A stretch of 64,000 nucleotides of DNA from a phage, in NCBI GenBank assembly GCA_033286805.1, contig GCA_033286805.1_4727.1; one strand, 5' to 3'. Made by a program: the position numbers and the translations under genes. Shown here one piece after another: positions 28,635 through 36,947 of this stretch; position 1 is the first letter of the stretch, and every line of letters begins with the position of its first letter. The notes below the pieces were generated by a model that did no database searches, had not been told where the DNA came from, and worked only from the letters and a program-made list of their open reading frames with translations.

Positions 28635-29416
28635 CAGAATTCCTCTAGGTTGCTGCTGCTAATAGTCCCCGTCGTAGACGGCATGTTTCTACTGCTCGCT
28701 GACGCAGTTGTTGAAGAAGTTCTGGCTAGATTCAATCCATTTAATAACCCACGCTCTTTTACTGTACGACGTGAACCATCACGAACGTCGTAAAGGGGTA
28801 CGTTATAATGGTCAAAAATCCGAAGCCATTGCACGTAATCAGCAACAACATGGTCTTTGCTTTCATTCGGGGCAAAGCGATCAAGCTGATGGTCGACGTA
28901 AGCTTTAGCGCTTTCAGGATTGAAGTTATACTGTCGACGTGCTTTGTCCACCATCGCGAGGAAACACGTGTTGGGGTCACGATTGATGTATGAACGCGTC
29001 CTGATAAAGATAGCCGGTACCGTAAACAGAACCTTGTTGTTATTCCCATCAGCAACGATGTTAACCGCACGATGTGGTTGGCCTGCTATCTTGCACCAAT
29101 CGTGAACAATGGTGCTATTACTCAGCATCTCCGCGTATTCAGGATCCTGCGAAAACATTCCTGCGAACGGATACAAGAAATGTTTAACAAACAGCGACTC
29201 AGGCAGGATGTTGGGACGCGTCATCTCCTGTAAACCTTTTCGTAGAAGCTCGCTGTTGTCTACCAGCTCCTGCCACATGTCCGGTCGTGTTTTCGGGATG
29301 GACGGATCCTGAGCGCGGCGAATGCGCTCTTCCTCATTTACAACCACTACCCCAGCCGGATACCCCAATAAATCCGTTCCTTCGCTAACGTTGCTGTTAG
29401 TTTGGCGCGCCTTCAT
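28634..29416 (-). CDS. hypothetical protein (260 aa)
   Basis: ORF; stop overlaps start of 27492..28634. Confidence 0.55.
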   Translation of the reverse strand: MKARQTNSNVSEGTDLLGYPAGVVVVNEEERIRRAQDPSIPKTRPDMWQELVDNSELLRKGLQEMTRPNILPESLFVKHFLYPFAGMFSQDPEYAEMLSNSTIVHDWCKIAGQPHRAVNIVADGNNNKVLFTVPAIFIRTRSYINRDPNTCFLAMVDKARRQYNFNPESAKAYVDHQLDRFAPNESKDHVVADYVQWLRIFDHYNVPLYDVRDGSRRTVKERGLLNGLNLARTSSTTASASSRNMPSTTGTISSSNLEEF

Positions 29417-29804
29417 TTACTTCCTCCTGCCACTTGATAAAATTACCACGCTCGGATCGCAGAACACCGCCCAAATCGTACGATATACCTTTCTCTGTGA
29501 CAATCCCACCAATCTGGAGATCAACACGTTCCGTCGTCGGATCGATATACTTGACACGGACTTTCAATTCCACGCGATCGTAATAACGCATTAAATAATC
29601 ATACAACATCCGGTATGTCGCATCTTCCAATTTGGGTGCGCTATACTGCGATGTTGCAATGAGGTACGGTAGTGAAACGATAGAGCCTTGGTAGCAATAC
29701 GACTGGGAATAATTCGATATTGCAAAATTGGTCATTAATCCATCCAGCTTTTTTCCCGACGCGGTTAAAAAGCTCGACAGTCCCGGTAACGGATTCGATG
29801 CCAT
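29397..29804 (-). CDS. hypothetical protein (135 aa)
   Basis: ORF. Confidence 0.5.
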   Translation of the reverse strand: MASNPLPGLSSFLTASGKKLDGLMTNFAISNYSQSYCYQGSIVSLPYLIATSQYSAPKLEDATYRMLYDYLMRYYDRVELKVRVKYIDPTTERVDLQIGGIVTEKGISYDLGGVLRSERGNFIKWQEEVNEGAPN

Positions 29805-29817
29805 GAGGAACTCCTCT

Positions 29818-30291
29818 TTAAGCGTAATTCATTCCAACCAATCTATCGTAGTTAGGCATATGCCCTAACTCCAGTTCGACGGGCATGGATACATTGGTGC
29901 GTGGCGCGTAAAATGTTCGCGTATGCATATCGATATACCCACAGTCCAAATAAACAATATCGGACAACTCCGCTGGATGTTTAGGTGCGGGAATCTTTAA
30001 GCGATTGTAACACTCAAGCTGCCACCAGGCATGAAAAAAGTTATTGTAGGCGTACGATTTACTGTTGGCAACTTTAAGTCCGTAGATCACCCATAACGCC
30101 GCCATGAAGTTGGTCGCGTTAATTCGCATCGGTTGTTCATTATTGAGCATGTGCGTGTAGGTAAACAACGGTGTGTTACCATCACCGAAACGTCCGACTA
30201 AGGTATTGTTCGTGTGTTCGACCTCAAAGGAAAAATGCTGGCTGCTATTGCCATCAAAATGGATCATTCCGTTCTCCTCAAGCTTTTTCAT
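29818..30291 (-). CDS. hypothetical protein (about 157 aa)
   Basis: Track start 30357 lies inside the terminator hairpin; start moved to ATG 30291 (MKKLEENG). Confidence 0.45.
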   Translation of the reverse strand: MKKLEENGMIHFDGNSSQHFSFEVEHTNNTLVGRFGDGNTPLFTYTHMLNNEQPMRINATNFMAALWVIYGLKVANSKSYAYNNFFHAWWQLECYNRLKIPAPKHPAELSDIVYLDCGYIDMHTRTFYAPRTNVSMPVELELGHMPNYDRLVGMNYA

Positions 30292-30351
30292 TTCATAGAG
30301 TGGTGGAAATTCGTAGAAAGTTACAAAAATAAAAAAGAATGGGCAGCCCCT

Positions 30352-30369
30352 CCCCACCCGAAGGTAGGG
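30352..30369 (-). terminator. hairpin terminator with UUCG tetraloop
   Basis: minus-sense ccctacc-ttcg-ggtgggg (one U-G wobble), T-run 12 nt downstream. Confidence 0.45.
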
Positions 30370-30386
30370 AGAGACCGCAAATATAC

Positions 30387-30851
30387 TTAAACCAAAGCTG
30401 CGATAACGTCGTTAACATTACGGCCTCGCAACTCTGCCGCTAAACGAATAACCTCATCCAGGGAACGGTTTGTACGAATCTTGGCCACTTTCCAATTTTC
30501 AGGATACTGTTCGAAGTTAAGCAACCAAGTCATTACCTTTGCTTGTTCCATACCGTTGAGTTTGATTGTCGTGCGCGGATTGGCTTTGAACCACTTCTTG
30601 CTCAGCTGCGCCATACGGCGAACAGGGTAAGCGTAAGCGCGAGTCCAGTCTTTGGACAGATTGTCGAGTAATTCACGGTAGCTGCTGTCGTAGTCTTTGT
30701 TGATACGACGTAATAACCAGTTGGCGGTCATCTGGTAAAGTTTATCATCTTCACGTAACCGCATACCCGCTACTGCTAAATAAATGATAAGACCTGCGCC
30801 CAGGATGAGAGACAGGATAAACAGAATTTGGGTTTCTTGTGCTAAAGTCAT
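30387..30851 (-). CDS. small membrane-anchored protein (154 aa), early-promoter-driven
   Basis: N-terminal hydrophobic helix ILFILSLILGAGLIIYLAVAGM; promoter-like motif 94 nt upstream. Confidence 0.55.
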   Translation of the reverse strand: MTLAQETQILFILSLILGAGLIIYLAVAGMRLREDDKLYQMTANWLLRRINKDYDSSYRELLDNLSKDWTRAYAYPVRRMAQLSKKWFKANPRTTIKLNGMEQAKVMTWLLNFEQYPENWKVAKIRTNRSLDEVIRLAAELRGRNVNDVIAALV

Positions 30852-30937
30852 TTTATTATCCTCGGATTTCGTTAGGATTTAATTTCCAATATAAGGGCAA
30901 TGTGATATGCCTTATACAGTCGATTGATGTTGTACAT

Positions 30938-30961
30938 CACTTAAGTAATATAGCCGTGAAA
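30938..30961 (-). promoter_or_regulatory. early-promoter-like motif (minus-sense TTTCACGGCTATATTACTTAAGTG)
   Basis: Same motif, 94 nt upstream of the membrane-protein gene. Confidence 0.5.
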
Positions 30962-30970
30962 AATGTTGGA

Positions 30971-31768
30971 TTAACGTGTTCTCCTATCACGATGCGTATA
31001 CGACTGAAGACCGATGTCCATATGCGGTAACGTCAGCGTCTGCCAGATCTGTCGTGCGTAGCGATCGAGCGTATGATCATCAGTAACACAATCGACGGGT
31101 TCGATGAGGTGAGTCGTATACTGGCTTTTCTCAGAGAAAGGTTCGATGTTAGCTGTATCTCCTAATCCGCTTTTCACCGTGAAGACAAGACGTGTGACTA
31201 TCATCGCCTTATGTTGCTGTTCGTTATAACGAAGGCTGCGGTATACGGCATAGCTTCCTCCTTTTAGGCTTCGGGTATAACGAAGGTCGGAGGTCGTCTC
31301 GGAAATCTGATACAGCATCCAGTCCAACGTATCACGCCAGTACGCATCATCCACATCAGGAACCGTGATACCGTATCGCGTAGGCAGCAGTTCTAAAAGC
31401 AATTTATAAAGTCCGCGACGCAGACCATGCTCTTCTGTTTCCGATAAACCGTTTCCAACGTAACGTGAAATACGCGTACGTAAATACGTACGGATGAACA
31501 TATTCGCCATCAGTGTTTTCACTCTGCTACTTGTATCCTCAAAGCGATCAACGCTGAAACTCGTTTCAATCAGCCGTCCATTAAAATACAATGCGGCAAC
31601 ATACATCGCGTTATTGCTATCACGTTCAATGTTTAAACGACCGCAGATATTGGCTGCGTCGTTCATGGTAAATTCTAATTTATCGTGTTCGATACGATAG
31701 ATAATATCCTCTTGGGTTGCCAGGCTCGCAATGCGACGGTAGCCCGGAGAAGTACGTTTTACACTCAT
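30971..31768 (-). CDS. hypothetical protein (about 265 aa)
   Basis: Track ATG at 31807 is the ATG inside the terminator tail TTTATGCCG; ATG 31768 has GAGGA SD. Confidence 0.5.
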   Translation of the reverse strand: MSVKRTSPGYRRIASLATQEDIIYRIEHDKLEFTMNDAANICGRLNIERDSNNAMYVAALYFNGRLIETSFSVDRFEDTSSRVKTLMANMFIRTYLRTRISRYVGNGLSETEEHGLRRGLYKLLLELLPTRYGITVPDVDDAYWRDTLDWMLYQISETTSDLRYTRSLKGGSYAVYRSLRYNEQQHKAMIVTRLVFTVKSGLGDTANIEPFSEKSQYTTHLIEPVDCVTDDHTLDRYARQIWQTLTLPHMDIGLQSYTHRDRRTR

Positions 31769-31810
31769 GATTGTCCTCGTTTTCAATTTTAAGATTGCAT
31801 GCGGCATAAA

Positions 31811-31835
31811 CCCTCCCCGCCTTATGCAGGGAGGG
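31811..31835 (-). terminator. hairpin terminator with TTTATGCCG tail
   Basis: ccctccc / gggaggg stem. Confidence 0.55.
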
Positions 31836-31850
31836 TAGCCATTAAATGGA

Positions 31851-32489
31851 TTAACCTAATTTACCACCGGCGATGTTGGTGAAATCTTCGCCATCAGGAA
31901 CTTGCAGTAGGATACGTGCCATGTCCCAGTTGGTTAATGTAATTGCTTTATCATCGATACTCAGTTCTGGTAGGTCGAGTTCATGATCATCAAACTCGTA
32001 GGAAATACTCCACGTTTCGTCTGTTTTAGGATCGGTTATCAACACACCGTCTGTTACACGCATGTAGTCCGGATGCAATTCATTACTGAATGTGCTGAAC
32101 GGATCGGTGTAACACTCAGCATACCCCTCGATCTGCTGACGCTGTGCCTTCGTACGTAATTCAGGGCACGCCATGATCAGTTGTCGAGATATGCCGTTTG
32201 CAGCACGGAAGTCTTCCACGGTGTTACATGGCATAACCACATCGTCATGGAAGATGTTCTCCGATTGTCTCAGCAAAGTCTTACGGAGTTCAGCATAGTT
32301 TATCTGATTGAATGCATCGAACGTTGCTAACGATTCAGCGTAAAAATGCTTTACGTGTTCGCTCGCGCCGCCGAGGCTATTCATCAACTTGTGTCCATAC
32401 TCCATGAAGCTTTTATCGAGACCGGAGGACATTTCTCCGAACCTCAGTGCACGATAACTGTCTCGTCCACCTGTAAATATTTGCGCCAT
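31851..32489 (-). CDS. hypothetical protein (212 aa)
   Basis: ORF; protein-like composition. Confidence 0.55.
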   Translation of the reverse strand: MAQIFTGGRDSYRALRFGEMSSGLDKSFMEYGHKLMNSLGGASEHVKHFYAESLATFDAFNQINYAELRKTLLRQSENIFHDDVVMPCNTVEDFRAANGISRQLIMACPELRTKAQRQQIEGYAECYTDPFSTFSNELHPDYMRVTDGVLITDPKTDETWSISYEFDDHELDLPELSIDDKAITLTNWDMARILLQVPDGEDFTNIAGGKLG

Positions 32490-32504
32490 TACAGGCGTCC
32501 TCCT

Positions 32505-32741
32505 TTAGCAATGGTTGTTAGTTGCTTCTATTTCGTCAAGATAAGGTTCTACGTCATCGCCCTCCACGAATTCGTTGAACCAACAGTCAATGGTAGAAAT
32601 AACCGGTGACTGGTGTTCACATTTCTTAGATACCTTAAAAGGTACGTTATTATCCATCATACCGAGTTCGGGTCGGAATCTCCCGAAATGTTTCGCAGTC
32701 CAAATGTCTGGGACGATATGGTTGTTCATCAATATCTTCAA
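32505..32741 (-). CDS. small hypothetical protein (78 aa), doubtful
   Basis: TTG start in track, no convincing SD; abuts tandem structured element A. Confidence 0.3.
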   Translation of the reverse strand: MKILMNNHIVPDIWTAKHFGRFRPELGMMDNNVPFKVSKKCEHQSPVISTIDCWFNEFVEGDDVEPYLDEIEATNNHC

Positions 32742-32749
32742 TACGAATC

Positions 32750-33122
32750 GCTACTTCGTATCCGCAGCATTACCTGCAGCTCCTGGTGTTACCAGGATGT
32801 TGAGAGTATATCATGTCCATATTCCAAATGGAACGTAGGACTTCCGCGCTGGATCTCGCTTGAGACCGCTTACTCGTTGAACGTTCTCCTAAACGGAGCT
32901 TCGCTGCTGATTGGACATTGTTACGTACGGTAGGCGTCCCATTAAAGGGATTTTCATTGAAGCCGCGTACATCCGTTACCTTGTTTCTACCTTATCGGTT
33001 CCTCTTACGAGGCGTAACGGCTTTAGCCTATTCCAGCAATTCACGGAATGCATATTCTCCTTTTCAGGAGATAAGGCCATGGCTCTGGCATCACCGTCAA
33101 AGTCCACGTATCTTCAGTATGG
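32750..33122. repeat. structured element A (about 373 nt), unit 1 of a diverged tandem pair
   Basis: Shares collinear conserved blocks with unit B (ccgcagcattacctgcagctcctggtgttaccagga, gctgctgattg, ccttatcgg, ggctttagcc, cagcaattcacggaat); no ORF above 61 aa. Confidence 0.6.
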
Positions 33123-33480
33123 TTCGCTACTCCATACCCGCAGCATTACCTGCAGCTCCTGGTGTTACCAGGACGGAGAGATCATCTCATCACCCACGAA
33201 GGGTGTTCCGCGCTACCCTCAGCGAATTCGAGGGACATGATCGTTGAACCTTCCACCGATAATCGGCGGCTAGGCTGCTGATTGAACATTGTACGTTGGG
33301 GTGGCATCCTGGTGCAGGACTGTCGTTGAAGCCTCCCAACATCCACTCACTTATTTCCGCCTTATCGGCTCCCACAAGGGCAGAGTGGCTTTAGCCCGTC
33401 TCAGCAATTCACGGAATTCAAGCTCTTCCTTTCGGAAGGCAGGGCCTCATTTGAAGCGTTGTATCCCTTAAGGATCATCA
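33123..33480. repeat. structured element B (about 358 nt), unit 2 of the tandem pair; overlaps last ~26 codons of the beta' N gene
   Basis: Collinear with unit A; stems differ by compensatory changes (aggc/gcct vs gggc/gccc; tctcc/ggaga vs cttcc/ggaag). Confidence 0.6.
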
Positions 33481-34705
33481 CGCTTAACCCGATGGTGTTA
33501 TCCTGCGGATCGCGTTTAACCTTGGTGATTTCAAGACATTGGTTACTGCTTCGGTCAAGTGATGGGTTTCGAACAAAGCCGCACACAATCCCATCGAACG
33601 GTGTATCAGCAATAAGCTCATCGTGCAGCTCGCTCATCATCGGATGATAATTACGGACATGTTCCGCAACGAACGCACGTGCCGCTCTTGGCGAATAACC
33701 ACGATGGAATAACTTGGATTGGATATGTTCTTTATTGGTTAAAGTAAATGGTGCGTATGGGAAATGCAGATGATAATAACGATGGTTCGCTGTTATCGAA
33801 CTGATTACAGTACGCGTGGTGAATGGATGTAATGTACCTAATATGTTTTTACGTGTGATACCTTTCTTCTTACCGATGAACTCATCGAAAATTGCTGCGT
33901 GGTATTGCAGTAGCTTCAGTTGTACTTTCGCCATCCAGTTTTCTTTCTTTCTGGCGCTCAAAGGTGTTGTTGGGTGATAGATACTATTCAACGTACCGAT
34001 AGCATCGATCGCACCTTCCATTTTGCTATCTGCATAACGACCGGTCGGCGTATTTTCGATAACGAACATCATGGCCGCAGGAAAGCTGATATACTGACTG
34101 AAGAACTTATCACGATGGATACGGATGAATTCTCGTAGCGTGTCAACTTTCTCCGTGTTCTTCGGTCCACGTAACGTGGGTCCTTTATACAAGATCTCCA
34201 TGATACGATCGAAGTTCTGTATAAAGCTATTTACGCCACGTCGTATCCCGAATGCATCAAATTGCTGCTCTAGATAGTTCTTGAGTTCAATGGGTCGTTT
34301 TACATTTGGACGGTAACTGGCATCAATGAGCCACGTCATCGTTTCAAAGCTTTTGATATTCAACTCGCTTGCCAGCACGAGATGGACCAACGGGTTAATG
34401 AACGCATCGATTCCTTCAGGGACACGCGCCCAGACCGTCGAACGAATCTCTTGTTCTGCTGGGTAGGTTACAACCGTTTTACAGTTTGGACACACCGTGC
34501 CGAGTAGCTCACCACGATTGTAGAAACCACAACCACATTGTGGTGTGATATCCAACGTATCGCTGGAGTAAACACGGGTGATAAAACTGTTTAATTTCTT
34601 CTTCTCTTCGACGACTTTTGTATCGTAATCATTCAACAAAATCGGCGTAAAAGGAAGTTCTGCGAGCTGTCTATCGAAACTCACGATATCGAGCATGATG
34701 GCCAT
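33401..34705 (-). CDS. multisubunit RNA polymerase beta' subunit, N-terminal fragment (434 aa)
   Basis: CGCGFY...CPNCKTVV matches the beta' N-terminal zinc finger; GTLHPFTTRTVISS resembles GKRVDYSGRSVITV; EHVRNYHPMM...IVCGFV resembles EVIREHPVLL...LVCAAY; ORF ends where NADFDGD would follow. Confidence 0.65.
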   Translation of the reverse strand: MAIMLDIVSFDRQLAELPFTPILLNDYDTKVVEEKKKLNSFITRVYSSDTLDITPQCGCGFYNRGELLGTVCPNCKTVVTYPAEQEIRSTVWARVPEGIDAFINPLVHLVLASELNIKSFETMTWLIDASYRPNVKRPIELKNYLEQQFDAFGIRRGVNSFIQNFDRIMEILYKGPTLRGPKNTEKVDTLREFIRIHRDKFFSQYISFPAAMMFVIENTPTGRYADSKMEGAIDAIGTLNSIYHPTTPLSARKKENWMAKVQLKLLQYHAAIFDEFIGKKKGITRKNILGTLHPFTTRTVISSITANHRYYHLHFPYAPFTLTNKEHIQSKLFHRGYSPRAARAFVAEHVRNYHPMMSELHDELIADTPFDGIVCGFVRNPSLDRSSNQCLEITKVKRDPQDNTIGLSVMILKGYNASNEALPSERKSLNSVNC

Positions 34706-34747
34706 GGGGTATCTCCTACAAATGAAAAAGAACGTTAGGACGTATAA

Positions 34748-34771
34748 GGGAGGGAGGTTGCCCTCCCTCCC
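34748..34771 (-). terminator. strong hairpin after the candidate chimallin gene
   Basis: Perfect 10-bp stem gggagggagg / cctccctccc with 4-nt loop, 27 nt after the stop. Confidence 0.55.
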
Positions 34772-34797
34772 GTCAGATTACATCGAACGTTCTTCCA

Positions 34798-36693
34798 TTA
34801 GAACAGGTTGAATGCCCCACCCATGTTGTTAACGCCAACATTCGGACGATCGCTACGTGCGTAGATGTTACCGGAGATGTTACCCAGACCACGAGCACGT
34901 GCTGCCATGTTACCACGAACGGCGGTACCTGCCAGATGCTGGATGTTCTCAGGACGGATGGTGAAGCCAGCATCAGCCGCAGCTTCGATCAGCGCCTGCA
35001 GTGCTAACGGATCGAAGTCGTAACGCATTGCCCAGCCGGTTTGTTCCCAGCTACCAGACAGAACACGATCGATGATTTCGTGACGAGCGACAACACGCTG
35101 AGACATCGTCATATCGGTACGGTCGAAGCTGTCTTCCCAAGCTTCTACGGTATCCGGGTTAGTGATGTTCATCATGTACAGATCGTCCATATCACGAATA
35201 TCGTGACGGTGACCATCCTGGTGGTTGTAGTAACCCAGCGGGATACGGTTACCGGTAGCGTAGACCAGCGGTTGGCCGTATTGATATTTCTTGCTGAAGC
35301 AACCCAGGGTAGTATCATCGAAGGCACGGTAGAGTGCTTTGTAACCTTCGGAGATTTCCCGGACTTCACCTTCAACTTTGCCCGTAAAGATCTTCTCAGC
35401 CGCCGGGATCATACGCAGCAGCCAGCTATACTCGCCTTCTTCTGGTACGTCGATAGAAATCAGCAGAGACGGATACAGAACCTGTTGCAGGAACTTGTAA
35501 ATCTGCTCGTTGGTTTGCGTAGACAGATCCAGCGGTGCAGTCACTTCAGGATCCAGCACCATCGCCAGAGCACCTGGGTTATGCGGACCAATACCACGAG
35601 CCGCGTTGCTGATTAAAGACTGTGCCCATGCCATGCCGCTGTTCAGCGTAGCGATGGTACCAATCAGACCCAGCACGAAGCTGTTCGGTGTGAACGCATC
35701 CAGCTCCAGCGGGTAAACGCTGGTCATCACGTAACGCGGCTGGTATTGTACAGTCGGCGGTACCGGATAGCCGTTAACCAGAACAGGGCCTTGGTTGAAG
35801 GTCGGGTTCTGCGGGCTGTAGGTCAGGTCAATGTAACCGGTGGTGGCGACCAGACGCTGTTGACTATCGTAATCGCTCATCGCTTGACGGATGCGGTTAG
35901 AGATAGTTACAGTGATGTCAGAACGCACAGGGTTACCAACAATATCGCTGTCCTGCATACCGCTGGTGTTGTACTGAACGCTGCTGATTGGCTGATCGCT
36001 TGCCATCATGCCCAGGTTGAACTGCGGCAGACCCAGTTTATCACCGAGACGGATTTCGATCGCGGTTTGGATTGCGTTATCTGCAGCAGACAGCAGGGTG
36101 GTTGCCAGATGCGCAGATTCAGCGGTGATTTCATTGGTCACCACAGCCAGACCAGCGATACGAACAGTACCGTTAGACTTACCGCCAATAGCTGAATACA
36201 TTGCCGCCATGACTTCGTTGATGAACGTACCGTTCAGGTTATCAACCCAGGTACGCGGTACCAGAATGTTACCATGCGGACCTTGTTCTTCACGACGCGG
36301 CAGCGGAGCCAGACCAGCAACCAGCGGCAGGACGTAACCGAAGAAGTGGTTATGATCACCAACTTTTGCACCGCTCATAACAACCAGGGTCGGATACGGT
36401 ACGCTGTACTGGTTCGGGTCAACCGCAACAAAGATGAAGTCGTCTTTGAACTGGGTATCTTCCAGATATTTCTCCATCAGACGACGGAGATTCAGTACCT
36501 GCTCGGAGCCGGTATTACGGCTGATACGACGGCTCAGTGTACGGTTGATCGTACGCATCGTATGAGTTACTTTAGGACGGTCGGCAAAATCTGCAGCGGT
36601 TTCCAGCGCCTCATCAGCACGTTGTGCGGTGCGGGTTTCAGCTGCACGAATTTCTACATTATCGTTACCGTTATTACGTACGTCTAAGCCCAT
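34798..36693 (-). CDS. chmA: candidate chimallin (phage-nucleus shell protein), 631 aa
   Basis: Length matches recalled chimallin size; strong codon bias; early-promoter-like motif 73 nt upstream; GC hairpin terminator just downstream; PhuZ-like gene 11 genes away; no alignment done. Confidence 0.5.
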   Translation of the reverse strand: MGLDVRNNGNDNVEIRAAETRTAQRADEALETAADFADRPKVTHTMRTINRTLSRRISRNTGSEQVLNLRRLMEKYLEDTQFKDDFIFVAVDPNQYSVPYPTLVVMSGAKVGDHNHFFGYVLPLVAGLAPLPRREEQGPHGNILVPRTWVDNLNGTFINEVMAAMYSAIGGKSNGTVRIAGLAVVTNEITAESAHLATTLLSAADNAIQTAIEIRLGDKLGLPQFNLGMMASDQPISSVQYNTSGMQDSDIVGNPVRSDITVTISNRIRQAMSDYDSQQRLVATTGYIDLTYSPQNPTFNQGPVLVNGYPVPPTVQYQPRYVMTSVYPLELDAFTPNSFVLGLIGTIATLNSGMAWAQSLISNAARGIGPHNPGALAMVLDPEVTAPLDLSTQTNEQIYKFLQQVLYPSLLISIDVPEEGEYSWLLRMIPAAEKIFTGKVEGEVREISEGYKALYRAFDDTTLGCFSKKYQYGQPLVYATGNRIPLGYYNHQDGHRHDIRDMDDLYMMNITNPDTVEAWEDSFDRTDMTMSQRVVARHEIIDRVLSGSWEQTGWAMRYDFDPLALQALIEAAADAGFTIRPENIQHLAGTAVRGNMAARARGLGNISGNIYARSDRPNVGVNNMGGAFNLF

Positions 36694-36758
36694 TTGGGAT
36701 TCCTCTTTTCTTAAACTTTATTAAATGACGTCATTGAATCAGCTTCTACTCGCTCATT

Positions 36759-36782
36759 CACCTAGGTAATATAACCCTGAAA
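36759..36782 (-). promoter_or_regulatory. early-promoter-like motif (minus-sense TTTCAGGGTTATATTACCTAGGTG)
   Basis: Same motif, 73 nt upstream of the candidate chimallin gene. Confidence 0.5.
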
Positions 36783-36947
36783 TTTTTTTCAATATTGGTG
36801 TAACCACATTGAACGATATAAACCCCCAGGCGAACGCTGCCGAGAAGCAACATTCTTTCTACATATAATCAGGATATGTCTGTAAACTTTTACTTCTCTT
36901 ATTGAGAGTAAAGTCATATCCGTTTACCATCTTCTTACGGAGTTCGT

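Noticed and set aside
31805-31807. ATG within the terminator tail TTTATGCCG as the start of the downstream gene (also at other copies)
   Set aside because: No SD in front and the ATG is part of the terminator tail; an in-frame ATG 39 nt downstream has a GAGGA SD.
32575-33247. Plus-strand ORFs of 87-109 aa across the tandem elements
   Set aside because: They overlap one another in different frames and contain repeated peptides (SITCSSWCYQD appears twice) generated by the DNA repeat; no SD signals.
32750-33480. Tandem elements as one or two group I self-splicing introns interrupting the beta' gene
   Set aside because: I could not find P/Q/R/S core elements in the right order on the gene strand, and the ORF downstream of the elements (32505..32741) does not continue the beta' sequence (no NADFDGD). 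Kept only as a low-probability alternative.
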